Origin: Nitrospina sp. LS_NOB
Lineage (GTDB): Bacteria; Nitrospinota; Nitrospinia; Nitrospinales; VA-1
DNA length: 64,000 nt
Assembly (NCBI GenBank): GCA_001542995.1
Contig: LFLA01000022.1
Location: forward strand, 92,587 to 156,586
Direction: 5' to 3'
Under the pieces are notes generated by a model. It was not told where the DNA came from and made no database searches. It saw only the letters and a list, made by a program, of their open reading frames with translations. How positions within the stretch are numbered: position 1 is the stretch's first letter; every line of letters begins with the position of its first letter. The translations under genes and the position numbers were made by a program. Positions 19,507 through 29,356 of this stretch are shown one piece after another.

Positions 19507-22500
19507 ATGGCAATATACTTTTTTGTATCCGTTTCATCGGATTTGCATCTCTTCTCCGAGAATATCGATGAGATTAGGGATCTAGGAATTGAGGCCCACG
19601 TCAACTACCTCTCAGAGTTTTCCCAGTATGAGTCCCGGTTGAGTTCAAAGGATGTTATTGTTTCAAGGAATTTTGGTGGACTTTCTTTTCAAGGCGAGAT
19701 ATTGACGCGCATCAATTCCGTTGCCAAAAAGAACCGCATCCCCTTTCTCTGTCTTCCCAGTTTCAAGAATGATGATCCATCAGTACTCGCCCTATCCACA
19801 GCCCCTCTTGATATTTGCAACCAGCTCCTTTCCTATTACGAATCGTTTTCGTTCCCGAACCTGAAGGAATCGCTGAAGTATTTGAGTGACCTGTATCTCG
19901 GAACATCTTTGGGATGGGTTGAACCCGAGGTTTGTCCTGAATTTAGTTTGCTTCCTGGATACGAGGACATCCTTTCAAAGTTAAAATCGGATAAATCCAG
20001 GAAAAAAGTAATAGCCATTCTTTTTTACCGGGCCCATTTTCTTGCAGATGATTTTGAGCCTATCCAAATGACCATCGACTCCATTGAAAAATCCGGATCC
20101 GTGGCCCTGCCCATTTACTGCAGTATGATGAAGCAATCAGACGGAGAGACACACCCGATTGAAAAAATTCTAAAGAATGATCAAGACGGATACATCGCAG
20201 ATGTGGTGATCGATTGTCTTTCCTATGCAACAGCTGATTTATCCACTACCGGAAATATAGTGAAGGGCGATAAAGATTCCGATGGCCTGTTCGTAAAATT
20301 AAATTGCCCAATTCTTCACGCCCTTTACATCTCAGAATCTGAAAGCGCTTGGCTCCAAAACCCTAAAGGGATGAACCCTCGTGACATGGCCATGAAGGTG
20401 GTCATGCCGGAATTTGACGGGAAAATCATCGCCCACCCCATTGGGTTTGTGGAGCAAGCACATAAAAATGGCAAAATGGTACCTTTATATAAAGGCAACT
20501 CTGAACGCATTGAACGATTGGTTTCCCTGGCCAACAACTTTGCTGAATTAGCTTTCAAGGACAATAAAGATAAACGGATAGCTATTATCCTGACAAATTA
20601 TCCCACTCAGAATGCCCGCATCGGCAACGCAGTCGGACTAGACACTCCCGCATCCCTGATCCGTGTCCTGAATGAGCTTAAAAATAATGGGTACGACATC
20701 GATGGCATTCCCAAAACCGGTGATGAGCTAATCCATTCTCTTATCGATCAGGTCACCTACGACACTGAATTTCTAACGGAAACCCAAATTGAGTTAGCTC
20801 CCGCACAAGTGGATTCAAAAGACTACAAGAATTGGCACGGATCTTTCCCCAAAAAAAACCAATCAGAAATGGAAAAGGACTGGGGACAACCTCCCGGTAA
20901 TGTCTACACTCACAAAGGAAAATTTTATTTGCCGGGATTATTTTTTAAAAATGTGTTTGTAGGCATTCAGCCCCCACGCGGATTCGGGGAGAACCCTGTA
21001 GCAATTTATCATAGTCCGGAAATTGTTCCCACTCATCACTACATGGCCTTTTACCGCTGGCTTAAAGAGGGCTTTAACGCGGATGCTGTCATTCACATCG
21101 GTAAACATGGGAACCTGGAATGGTTGCCTGGGAAATCTGTAGCCCTCGCCGAAACCTGTTATTCAGACCTTGCCATTTTTGACCTTCCCTTCTTTTATTA
21201 TTTTATTATCAATAATCCCGGTGAGGGCTCGCAGGCGAAACGCAGGACGCATTCCGTACTGATCGACCACATGGTCCCGCCTATGACAAGGGCCGATCTT
21301 TATGATGATCTGGCGCGGATAGAACAATTGATTGAAGAGTGGACGTATATTCAAAGTGTTGATCCCGACAAGGTCGAAATTGTTGAAAATCAGATATGGG
21401 AACTTTGCGAATCCACTCACATCAATCATGACCTTGGGTTTGATTCTCCCCCTGAACATTTCAAAGAGTATCGAAAGGCCATTAACGGATTTCTATGCGA
21501 AATTGGTAATACCCAGATTCGGGAAGGCCTTCACATACTGGGCGAAATTCCCGAGGGGGATCAACTCATCAACATGTTTGTCAGTTTGGCACGTATTGAT
21601 ACTCCTCCCTACAAAGGCACGCAGTCATGCTTTATGGCGGTTTGCGGCATAAAGGATACCTCTTATTTCATCAACCAAGCTGAGGAATTGAATTGTAAAA
21701 TCCCCGCAGCCATTCTAAAATTTTACGGAAAACCTGTTGAATCGCGGGGTGATTTATTACAGATGTTCGACATCCTCTCCTTTGCAATTATCGATCATTG
21801 CCTCAAGAATAATATCCACACGCAGGAACTCATTGACGCCGAGATCGAATCATTATTGAGCGTTCCAATCCCCGACTTGGCCAACACGATCCATTTTCTA
21901 TTAAAGGATATCTATCCAAAGTTGAAACAGGTTGATGAGGAGATCATTCACCTCATGGAAGCATTAAAGGGAGAATTTGTTGAACCGGGGCCTTCGGGAG
22001 CCCCCACAAGGGGAATGGCCACCATTCTTCCGACCGGGAGAAATTTTTATTCCGTCGATATTCATTCCTTGCCCACGACGACTTCGTGGATCATGGGAAA
22101 AAAACTGGCTGAAGCTCTATTGAATCGATATGAAATGGAATCGGAGAAATTTCCTGAATCCGTGGCGATGATTCTTTGGGGAACGTCCAATATGAGAACC
22201 AAGGGCGATGACATTGCACAAATCTTTTACTTGTTGGGGGTCAAACCGGTCTGGAAACCGGAAAATAAGAGAGTCATCGGGGTTGAACCTATCCCGTTAG
22301 ATGAATTGAAGCGACCCAGGGTGGATGTATGCATTCGTATCAGTGGGTTCTTCCGGGATGCGTTTCCAAACCTGGTTGAATTGATGGACAAAGCAATAAA
22401 TTTAGTTGCCCAGCTTGACGAGCCTGTGGAAATGAATTTTGTGAGAAAACATTATCTGGAGTCCAATTCCAAAAATATATTTCGTATTTTTGGCGCCGCA

Positions 22501-23214
22501 CCGGGAAGGTATGGGACAGGCATTCTTGAAGCCATCAATTCAAAAAACTGGGAAACCAAGCAGGACCTGGCAGACATCTTTGTGAATTGGAGCGGTTTCG
22601 CTTACACAACCAATGAATATGGCATAGAAAAAAAAGAGGAATTCAAACAACAACTCTCGCGTATGGATATTGTCTCCCAGAACCAGGACAACAGGGAGCA
22701 TGATATTTTTGATTCCGATGATTATCTCCAGTTTCACGGTGGATTGATCAATGCCGTCAACCAAATAAAATCCAGCCAGGGTAAGGGAAAGGTCCGGGAA
22801 TATTTCGGCGACTCCTCCAATCCTGCCGCAGTGAAAATCAAGAGTTTGAAGGAAGAAGTCCGCCAAGTCTACCGAGCCAGAGTCGTGAATCCGAAATGGA
22901 TTAACGCCATGAAACAACATGGCTACAAAGGGGGGCTGGAAATGGCGGCAACCCTGGATTACATGTTCGGCTACGACGCAACAACGGGTGTCATTGACGA
23001 CCATATGTATGAAGGTGTTTCGGAGAAGTACCTCATTGACCCTGATACCCAGGAGTTTCTAAGAGAAAAAAATCCGTGGGCCATTCGTGCAATGGGAGAA
23101 AGATTGCTCGAAGCAGCCAATCGAGGCCTATGGGAAAACCCCGATCCCGACAGATTGCTTGATATTGAATCCCTTGTTGCCTCTGTGGAAGGGGATATCG
23201 AACAAGATCTTTAA
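19507..23214 (+). CDS. cobN: CobN-type large chelatase subunit
   Basis: 1235 aa. CobN/BchH family blocks are present: HHYMAFYRWLKEGFNADAVIHIGKHGNLEWLPGK, PTGRNFYS, GRYGTG. Confidence 0.9.
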   Translation: MAIYFFVSVSSDLHLFSENIDEIRDLGIEAHVNYLSEFSQYESRLSSKDVIVSRNFGGLSFQGEILTRINSVAKKNRIPFLCLPSFKNDDPSVLALSTAPLDICNQLLSYYESFSFPNLKESLKYLSDLYLGTSLGWVEPEVCPEFSLLPGYEDILSKLKSDKSRKKVIAILFYRAHFLADDFEPIQMTIDSIEKSGSVALPIYCSMMKQSDGETHPIEKILKNDQDGYIADVVIDCLSYATADLSTTGNIVKGDKDSDGLFVKLNCPILHALYISESESAWLQNPKGMNPRDMAMKVVMPEFDGKIIAHPIGFVEQAHKNGKMVPLYKGNSERIERLVSLANNFAELAFKDNKDKRIAIILTNYPTQNARIGNAVGLDTPASLIRVLNELKNNGYDIDGIPKTGDELIHSLIDQVTYDTEFLTETQIELAPAQVDSKDYKNWHGSFPKKNQSEMEKDWGQPPGNVYTHKGKFYLPGLFFKNVFVGIQPPRGFGENPVAIYHSPEIVPTHHYMAFYRWLKEGFNADAVIHIGKHGNLEWLPGKSVALAETCYSDLAIFDLPFFYYFIINNPGEGSQAKRRTHSVLIDHMVPPMTRADLYDDLARIEQLIEEWTYIQSVDPDKVEIVENQIWELCESTHINHDLGFDSPPEHFKEYRKAINGFLCEIGNTQIREGLHILGEIPEGDQLINMFVSLARIDTPPYKGTQSCFMAVCGIKDTSYFINQAEELNCKIPAAILKFYGKPVESRGDLLQMFDILSFAIIDHCLKNNIHTQELIDAEIESLLSVPIPDLANTIHFLLKDIYPKLKQVDEEIIHLMEALKGEFVEPGPSGAPTRGMATILPTGRNFYSVDIHSLPTTTSWIMGKKLAEALLNRYEMESEKFPESVAMILWGTSNMRTKGDDIAQIFYLLGVKPVWKPENKRVIGVEPIPLDELKRPRVDVCIRISGFFRDAFPNLVELMDKAINLVAQLDEPVEMNFVRKHYLESNSKNIFRIFGAAPGRYGTGILEAINSKNWETKQDLADIFVNWSGFAYTTNEYGIEKKEEFKQQLSRMDIVSQNQDNREHDIFDSDDYLQFHGGLINAVNQIKSSQGKGKVREYFGDSSNPAAVKIKSLKEEVRQVYRARVVNPKWINAMKQHGYKGGLEMAATLDYMFGYDATTGVIDDHMYEGVSEKYLIDPDTQEFLREKNPWAIRAMGERLLEAANRGLWENPDPDRLLDIESLVASVEGDIEQDL

Positions 23215-23238
23215 TCGAAATTTAATAAAAGGAAACCT

Positions 23239-24624
23239 TTGCCTAACAAATCCAAATCTCTGTCCGGTTTAGTAATAGCCGGAACCCATAGCTCCGTGGG
23301 GAAGTCCTCGGTAGCCATTGGTTTAATGCGGTTATTAAAAAATAAAGGGTGGAGAATAAGACCGTTCAAGGTCGGCCCTGATTATATAGATCCCGGCCAC
23401 CATAATAGAGCGTGCGACGAGCCGAGTTATAACCTGGATACTGTCATGTGCACCCCGAAATACGTCAAAGAATTGTTTGGCGATATTATGAATGAGGGAG
23501 ATATCGCAATCGTTGAAGGAGTAATGGGACTGCATGACGGCGCATCTCCTAAAACCGAAAAAGGTTCTACCGCAGAGGTCGCTAAATTGCTTGATCTTCC
23601 CGTCCTGCTTGTCATTGACGGTAGAGCCATGGCCCGGTCCTCAGCGGCTCTGGTCATGGGATATATGAACCTTGACCCAAAGCTGAATCTGATCGGTGTC
23701 ATCGCCAACAACATCAACAGCCCCAGACACGCAGAGGTCATAAAAAATGCAATCGAGCACCACACGTCCGCAAAGCTTCTCGCCTGCCTGCCAACCTCTT
23801 CAGACTTGAGCATACCCAGCCGTCACTTGGGACTGCATCAGGGTATTGAGCAAAAACAGGACATCTATCAGAAATGGGCGAAGCATGTTGAATCCCATAT
23901 CGATCTAAAACTATTTTTAAAACTATTCAAATTAAAAAAGCCATCGCGGCCAGCCTCTAATACCAGATCTGAGCCTAAACGCTGGAGAACAAAGTCCAGG
24001 CCTTGCACCTTAAATATTGCCGTGGCCAAGGACGAGGCGTTTCAGTTCATCTATCAGGACACTTTGGACTTTCTGTCCCACCAGGGTTTTAACATTTCCT
24101 TTTTCTCGCCACTTCGTGATCCCCACTTGCCGGAAAATATGGACGGTTATTATTTTCCGGGTGGCTATCCGGAATTACGCGCGGAATCTTTGAGCAAAAA
24201 TCGTTCGCTTTTAAGGGACATCAAAAAGGCCGGATCAGCAGGGAAAATGATTATTGGAGAATGCGGCGGGCTCATGTATCTGGGAAAGCATCTCACCAAC
24301 GACACGGGTAAGAAAATACCGATGGTGGGCCTGTTCGACTTTTCCACATCTCTGAAAGTCAAAAAATTGTCGTTGGGCTACCGAAAGCTAAAACTAGTCA
24401 AAGCCTCAGCCAACAACAAAAAACTAATCCTCCACGGACACGAATTCCATTACTCCACCTTCACAATTAATAATGAACGTCCAAAATGGAATAGCATTCA
24501 TCCTAAAAATGGGGTGGTTTTAAAAGATGGCTTTACCACAAAAAACTGCCACTCTTTTTATACGCATATTTACTGGGCGTCCAATAAAGAGTGGCTGAAT
24601 CATTTAATGGAATCGTATTCATGA
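23239..24624 (+). CDS. cbiA: cobyrinate a,c-diamide synthase
   Basis: GTHSSVGKS P-loop, FKVGPDYIDP, and GATase motif ECGGLMYLG. TTG start with AAGGA upstream. Confidence 0.85.
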   Translation: MPNKSKSLSGLVIAGTHSSVGKSSVAIGLMRLLKNKGWRIRPFKVGPDYIDPGHHNRACDEPSYNLDTVMCTPKYVKELFGDIMNEGDIAIVEGVMGLHDGASPKTEKGSTAEVAKLLDLPVLLVIDGRAMARSSAALVMGYMNLDPKLNLIGVIANNINSPRHAEVIKNAIEHHTSAKLLACLPTSSDLSIPSRHLGLHQGIEQKQDIYQKWAKHVESHIDLKLFLKLFKLKKPSRPASNTRSEPKRWRTKSRPCTLNIAVAKDEAFQFIYQDTLDFLSHQGFNISFFSPLRDPHLPENMDGYYFPGGYPELRAESLSKNRSLLRDIKKAGSAGKMIIGECGGLMYLGKHLTNDTGKKIPMVGLFDFSTSLKVKKLSLGYRKLKLVKASANNKKLILHGHEFHYSTFTINNERPKWNSIHPKNGVVLKDGFTTKNCHSFYTHIYWASNKEWLNHLMESYS

Positions 24625-25175
24625 AAAAACCTTCAGGAGCAGACCCGAGAAAACGCAAGGGACTAATCATTGTCAACACAGGAGATGGAAAGGGGAAGTC
24701 CACCGCCTCATTCGGCCTAGCCATACGCGCTGCTGGGAACAAAATGAATGTGTTCATTATGCAGTTCATGAAGGGCCAATGGAAAGCCGGCGAACGAAAA
24801 TCCTTTGAAAAACTAGCCCCTCATGTTGAGTTTGTTGCTATGGGAGATGGGTTTACCTGGGACACAAATAATATCGAGCAGGATAAAGCCACCGCCCGCA
24901 AGGCATTTGAAATTGCCAAGGAAAAACTGCTCAGCGGAAAATATCAAATGGTAATTTTTGAGGAAATCAATTACGTTTTGCATTATAAATTTTTTCCAGA
25001 GGAAGAGTTTTTGGAAACATTGCGAAACAAACCTGAATCGGTTCATGTTGTTTGCTCAGGAAGAAATGCGTCCGATAAATTGATAGAAATGGCCGACCTG
25101 GTGACAGAAATGAAGATGATCAAGCACCCTTTTAAAGAACAGGGAATTCCTGCACAAAAGGGCATTGAATTTTAA
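24621..25175 (+). CDS. cobO: cob(I)yrinic acid a,c-diamide adenosyltransferase
   Basis: GLIIVNTGDGKGKSTAAFG, FMKG and DEINY motifs of the CobO/BtuR (CobA-type) family. Confidence 0.85.
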   Translation: MKKPSGADPRKRKGLIIVNTGDGKGKSTASFGLAIRAAGNKMNVFIMQFMKGQWKAGERKSFEKLAPHVEFVAMGDGFTWDTNNIEQDKATARKAFEIAKEKLLSGKYQMVIFEEINYVLHYKFFPEEEFLETLRNKPESVHVVCSGRNASDKLIEMADLVTEMKMIKHPFKEQGIPAQKGIEF

Positions 25176-25194
25176 TCTATAAAAAACGTGCGAC

Positions 25195-25926
25195 TTGAAT
25201 TTTTTATCCGCCATTGGTTTTTTAACCACGATACCCATACCCGCCTGGGCGATCCGCAGCGATGGCAGGCAGGTTCTATACTTTCCTCTGGTCGGCCTGT
25301 TCATAGGATGCCTGCTCTGTGGTGTAGACCAGCTGCTGAGTCTGGCATCCTCCTCTGAACTTCGTATAATCGGAGACGTGATATTTTTAGCCGTTATATC
25401 CGGCGCCTTACATTTGGATGGATTGGCCGATACCGCAGACGGATTTTTCTCCCACCGGCCTCGAGAGCAAATCCTGCAAATCATGAAGGATTCCCGCATC
25501 GGAGTAATGGGAGTCCTGGCCCTGCTTTTTTGCATTCTCTTGAAGCTCGCAGGAGTGGCTGGGATAATCCATTCAGAATCATTAATATGGCTGCTCCTGG
25601 CACCGGCTCTGGGCCGAACGGCTCAAGTCATAGGGCTGGTTTTTGTTGGCCATGTGCCCTCAGAAAAGACGCTGGCCGAACAATTTTATCAACGGGGAAG
25701 CCTTTTTCTTTTAATTTTTTGTCCGCTCCCCTTCGCAATCTTGATTTATATAAACTGGGCCTTGGCATTGGCAAGCCTAATCATATTTGCCATTGTACTC
25801 GTCGGCTTGCTGTTATTTTTTAAAAGCAAAATTGGGGGCATTACAGGAGACACTCTTGGTGCCGCAACAGAAATTATAGAAACCGTGTTTTTATTAATCG
25901 GTGGATTGGGCGCTTCAATATTTTAA
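25195..25926 (+). CDS. cobS: adenosylcobinamide-GDP ribazoletransferase (cobalamin synthase)
   Basis: Polytopic membrane protein with FLTTIPIP, HLDGLADTADGFF and GGITGDTLGA motifs. TTG start. Confidence 0.8.
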   Translation: MNFLSAIGFLTTIPIPAWAIRSDGRQVLYFPLVGLFIGCLLCGVDQLLSLASSSELRIIGDVIFLAVISGALHLDGLADTADGFFSHRPREQILQIMKDSRIGVMGVLALLFCILLKLAGVAGIIHSESLIWLLLAPALGRTAQVIGLVFVGHVPSEKTLAEQFYQRGSLFLLIFCPLPFAILIYINWALALASLIIFAIVLVGLLLFFKSKIGGITGDTLGAATEIIETVFLLIGGLGASIF

Positions 25927-25955
25927 GAAGACCATTACCAATACAGGGTGATTTT

Positions 25956-27215
25956 ATGTCTGGAAAAACTATTTTGGTCACAGGTGGAAGCCGGAGCGGT
26001 AAAAGCCGTCATGCTCTAAAATTAACCAAAAATATTAATGCCTCGAAAATATTTTTGGCAACCGCAGAGCCTCTCGACGATGAAATGGCTGAAAGAATCC
26101 AAAAACATCAGGAGGAGCGCGGCAAGGAATGGACCACTATTGAAGAGCCGCTTGATCCGGCAAGTGTATTAAAGAATAAAGGAAACCAGCCCGGTTTTAT
26201 AATTCTCGACTGCGTCACTTTATGGTTGAGTAATATGATCATGAAAAACATAGCGCGGCAAACCATACTGGAACGAGTCCATGAGTTTATCAGCGTATGC
26301 AAAAACTGCACGAGCCATATCATTGTCATCACCAATGAGCTGGGTTCAGGAATTGTTCCTCTTGAACCTTCTGCAAGGGCCTTTCGCGATATCGCGGGCG
26401 AAACCAACCAGATTCTCGCATCCGAATTCGATGAGGTGATCAGCATGGTGTCAGGAATTCCCGTCACTATAAAAACATCCGAGAAACCACGCGACACAGA
26501 CCAAACCAAGGATAAAAACCCTGAGCATGAGTTTTCTCCAGGGAAAAAGCAGGGACTCTATGAGGCCATATACAAGCGCCGCGATGTGCGCCACTTCATC
26601 CCCAAACCAGTTGATCCTGAAAAATTGGGCCGGGTTTTAGATGCAGCCCATCACGCCGGTTCTGTAGGATATATGCAACCCTGGAATTTTCTGGTGATCA
26701 CCGATCCGACAGTAAAAAATAAAATCGCCCTGAACTTTAAGACTGCCAATGAAGAGGCAGCACAAAAATTCAGTGGCGACCAACAAAAACTTTACAACTC
26801 CCTCAAGCTGGAAGGCATCCAGGATGCCGCAGTCAATATTTGTGTGACCTGCGACCGCACACGTTTTGGACCCAATGTTTTGGGAAGAAATACGGTTTTT
26901 GAAACAGACCTTTTCAGTACCTGTTGTGCAGTGCAAAACCTCTGGCTTGCTGCCCGTGCAGAAGGGCTCGCGGTAGGCTGGGTGAGCATTTTATCCAATG
27001 ACCAGTTAAAGGAGGATTTAGATATTCCCGATCATATTCAGCCGGTGGCTTATTTATGCGTCGGCCATACTGAGTCATTTTACCCCAAGCCCATGCTGGA
27101 AACAGCAGGTTGGGCCCAGCGACTACCTGTTGAAAAATTGATTTACTATAATAAATGGCAGGGACCATCTACAGACTTTAAGGTTCATTTTCCTGACCCT
27201 ACTAAAAATGATTGA
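25956..27215 (+). CDS. fusion of adenosylcobinamide kinase/guanylyltransferase (CobU) with BluB-type 5,6-dimethylbenzimidazole synthase
   Basis: The N-terminal ~175 aa carry ILVTGGSRSGKSRHA and ITNELGSGIVP (CobU). The C-terminal ~220 aa carry YEAIYKRRDVRHF, GSVGYMQPWNF and LAARAEGLAVGWVS (nitroreductase-fold BluB). Confidence 0.75.
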   Translation: MSGKTILVTGGSRSGKSRHALKLTKNINASKIFLATAEPLDDEMAERIQKHQEERGKEWTTIEEPLDPASVLKNKGNQPGFIILDCVTLWLSNMIMKNIARQTILERVHEFISVCKNCTSHIIVITNELGSGIVPLEPSARAFRDIAGETNQILASEFDEVISMVSGIPVTIKTSEKPRDTDQTKDKNPEHEFSPGKKQGLYEAIYKRRDVRHFIPKPVDPEKLGRVLDAAHHAGSVGYMQPWNFLVITDPTVKNKIALNFKTANEEAAQKFSGDQQKLYNSLKLEGIQDAAVNICVTCDRTRFGPNVLGRNTVFETDLFSTCCAVQNLWLAARAEGLAVGWVSILSNDQLKEDLDIPDHIQPVAYLCVGHTESFYPKPMLETAGWAQRLPVEKLIYYNKWQGPSTDFKVHFPDPTKND

Positions 27216-28344
27216 AAATAAAAATCCGGAAAAATTACAAGTGCCAGATATCCCCTACCCCGCACACGGTGGAGACCCGCGCGCTATAGCTCAAATTGCC
27301 GGGATTGACCCGGACAAGCTCATTGATTTCAGCGCCAGCATTAACCCCATATCCCCTCCCGGTTGCGTGTCACAATTATTACTGGAAACACCACGACTCT
27401 TGCGAGAGTATCCGGACCCCCACTGTTCCATAATTGCAAAAAATATTTCTGCAGCCATAGGAGCCCCTGAAGACTGGATCCGTGTGACCAATGGTTCCAC
27501 GGAAATGATTTATCTCCTGCCCCATTTGCTCAATAAAGGGCAGGAGGTTGCCATCCTTGACCCGTGTTTCTCAGAATATGAAAAAGCGTTTACGGCATTT
27601 GGCGTTCAGCCCCGTTCGGTTCCATTGCGAGCCAAAACAGGATTTCAAGCCGATCCTTCTTTACTATTTTCTCAACTGGATAGCATCCAGCAACTCGGAG
27701 CCATTGTTTTTGGAAATCCTACCAGTCCTACAGGAAAACTCTATAGTGACTTCCTGCCCCATCTGCAGGGATATTGTGAGGGACGCAATGTTATTTTAAT
27801 CATTGATGAAGCTTTTATCGATTTTTCTTCTCCCGATAACTCTGCCTGGAATTTGCTGAAGAAGAACTCAAACCTGATTCTGATTCGATCCCTGACCAAG
27901 TTTTACTCTCTTCCTGGACTTAGAATTGGTTACGGAATCCTGCATCCGAAAAAAATCCTGAAAATAGCTCCACACCAATACCCGTGGTCGGTAAACGCTT
28001 TGGCCCAGGCCGTTGGCGCTGAAGTCATTTCAGATAAAGCTTTTCAGGAAAAGACCCGTGATTGGACCCTCCGTGAAAGAGGTTTCATGTTTAAGGCATT
28101 AAGCTCTATTCGCCAAATCGAAATTTTTCCTTCTGACGCCAATTTTTTCTTACTCCGCATTCGAGGCAATGGCGCACCTGCCAGTCTATATCAGCATTTA
28201 TTATCGCAGTCTCTCCTTATAAGAAACTGTGGTAATTTTAGGGGACTCGACCAAAGTTTTTTCCGGATTTCATTAAGAGAGCGGGAAGATAACCAGAAAC
28301 TGGTGGACTCAATTTCTGAATATTTCTCATCCCGCAAGACTTAA
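27208..28344 (+). CDS. cobD: L-threonine-O-3-phosphate decarboxylase (aminotransferase class I/II fold)
   Basis: HGGD near the N-terminus, plus NPTSPTG and SLTKFYSLPGLRIGY (PLP lysine region). Operon context fits. Confidence 0.75.
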   Translation: MIENKNPEKLQVPDIPYPAHGGDPRAIAQIAGIDPDKLIDFSASINPISPPGCVSQLLLETPRLLREYPDPHCSIIAKNISAAIGAPEDWIRVTNGSTEMIYLLPHLLNKGQEVAILDPCFSEYEKAFTAFGVQPRSVPLRAKTGFQADPSLLFSQLDSIQQLGAIVFGNPTSPTGKLYSDFLPHLQGYCEGRNVILIIDEAFIDFSSPDNSAWNLLKKNSNLILIRSLTKFYSLPGLRIGYGILHPKKILKIAPHQYPWSVNALAQAVGAEVISDKAFQEKTRDWTLRERGFMFKALSSIRQIEIFPSDANFFLLRIRGNGAPASLYQHLLSQSLLIRNCGNFRGLDQSFFRISLREREDNQKLVDSISEYFSSRKT

Positions 28345-28347
28345 AGA

Positions 28348-29304
28348 ATGAGCCTGACGTTTCAAATCGCCATCGCTTTCATCGCTGACCTGATACTTGG
28401 AGATCCTAAAGGCTATCCCCATCCAGTAAAAGTCATCGCGCGCTTGGCCCGCAGTGTCGAAGAGGTTTCACGTAAATTTTTGTCCAGCCCAAAATTGGCT
28501 GGGATCACCACAGTCCTTGCCATTGTCACAGCCTCTTTTTTAACCGTATGGCTGATTGTTCGCGGATTGAACTATATTCATCCATGGCTGGGTTTGACCG
28601 CTTCGATCTTTTTCATTTATACCACCCTGTCCGTTCGAAGCCTCTTCGAAGAAAGCCACCTGGTGTTGCAATATCTTAAGGAAGCCAATCTCACTAAGGC
28701 CCGGGAAAGCCTTTCAAATATTGTCGGCCGCGACACTGCCCATCTAGAGGAACACGAAATCGTAAGAGCCACTGTGGAAACAGTTGCTGAAAGTACTGTA
28801 GATGGAATCATCGCCCCTTTATTTTTCGCTGTGCTAGGTGGGGCTCCATTGGCGATCGCTTACAAGGCCATCAATACCATGGATTCGTTATTTGGCTATA
28901 AAAATGAAACTTACCGGGACTTTGGTTGGGCTCCTGCCCGTCTCGATGATCTGGTGAACTGGTTTCCAGCAAGACTGGCATTACCTATCATTGCTATAGG
29001 TGCGGGCTTTTGCGGGTTGAGCGGCAAAAACTCAATGGTGATAGCGATTCGAGATGGCTCCAAGCACCCCAGTCCCAATTCCGGGTTTCCCGAGGCGGCT
29101 ATGGCAGGGGCCCTGGGCGTCCGTCTTGGAGGAACCAGTTTTTATTCGGGCAAATTAAATGAAAAACCGATCATTGGAGACAATTTGCGGGAACCGGAAT
29201 TATCCGACATCACTCAAAGCCACAAAATAATGTTTGCAACGTCCATGTTGGCATTGATAGTGGTGATTATGGTAGAAGTGTTTAACAAACTTTTTTTGCG
29301 GTAA
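28348..29304 (+). CDS. cbiB: adenosylcobinamide-phosphate synthase
   Basis: Membrane protein with LGDPKGYPHPV, VGRDT, AYKAINTMDSLFGYK and SPNSGFPEAAMAGALGV. Confidence 0.85.
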   Translation: MSLTFQIAIAFIADLILGDPKGYPHPVKVIARLARSVEEVSRKFLSSPKLAGITTVLAIVTASFLTVWLIVRGLNYIHPWLGLTASIFFIYTTLSVRSLFEESHLVLQYLKEANLTKARESLSNIVGRDTAHLEEHEIVRATVETVAESTVDGIIAPLFFAVLGGAPLAIAYKAINTMDSLFGYKNETYRDFGWAPARLDDLVNWFPARLALPIIAIGAGFCGLSGKNSMVIAIRDGSKHPSPNSGFPEAAMAGALGVRLGGTSFYSGKLNEKPIIGDNLREPELSDITQSHKIMFATSMLALIVVIMVEVFNKLFLR

Positions 29305-29356
29305 AAAATGCTATTCGATTAGATTTAAGCTTTCTTTTTCCATTATACTAGTCGTC

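Noticed and set aside
17722-23004. Long antisense or alternative-frame ORFs inside the chlID-like gene and cobN (for example 18034-18585, 17870-18331, 22540-23004); similar ones occur inside cobT (30499-31194), the radical SAM gene (46660-47295) and znuC (43678-44142)
   Set aside because: Each lies wholly inside a gene with strong family motifs on the other strand or frame. They show no motifs of their own and are typical shadow ORFs.
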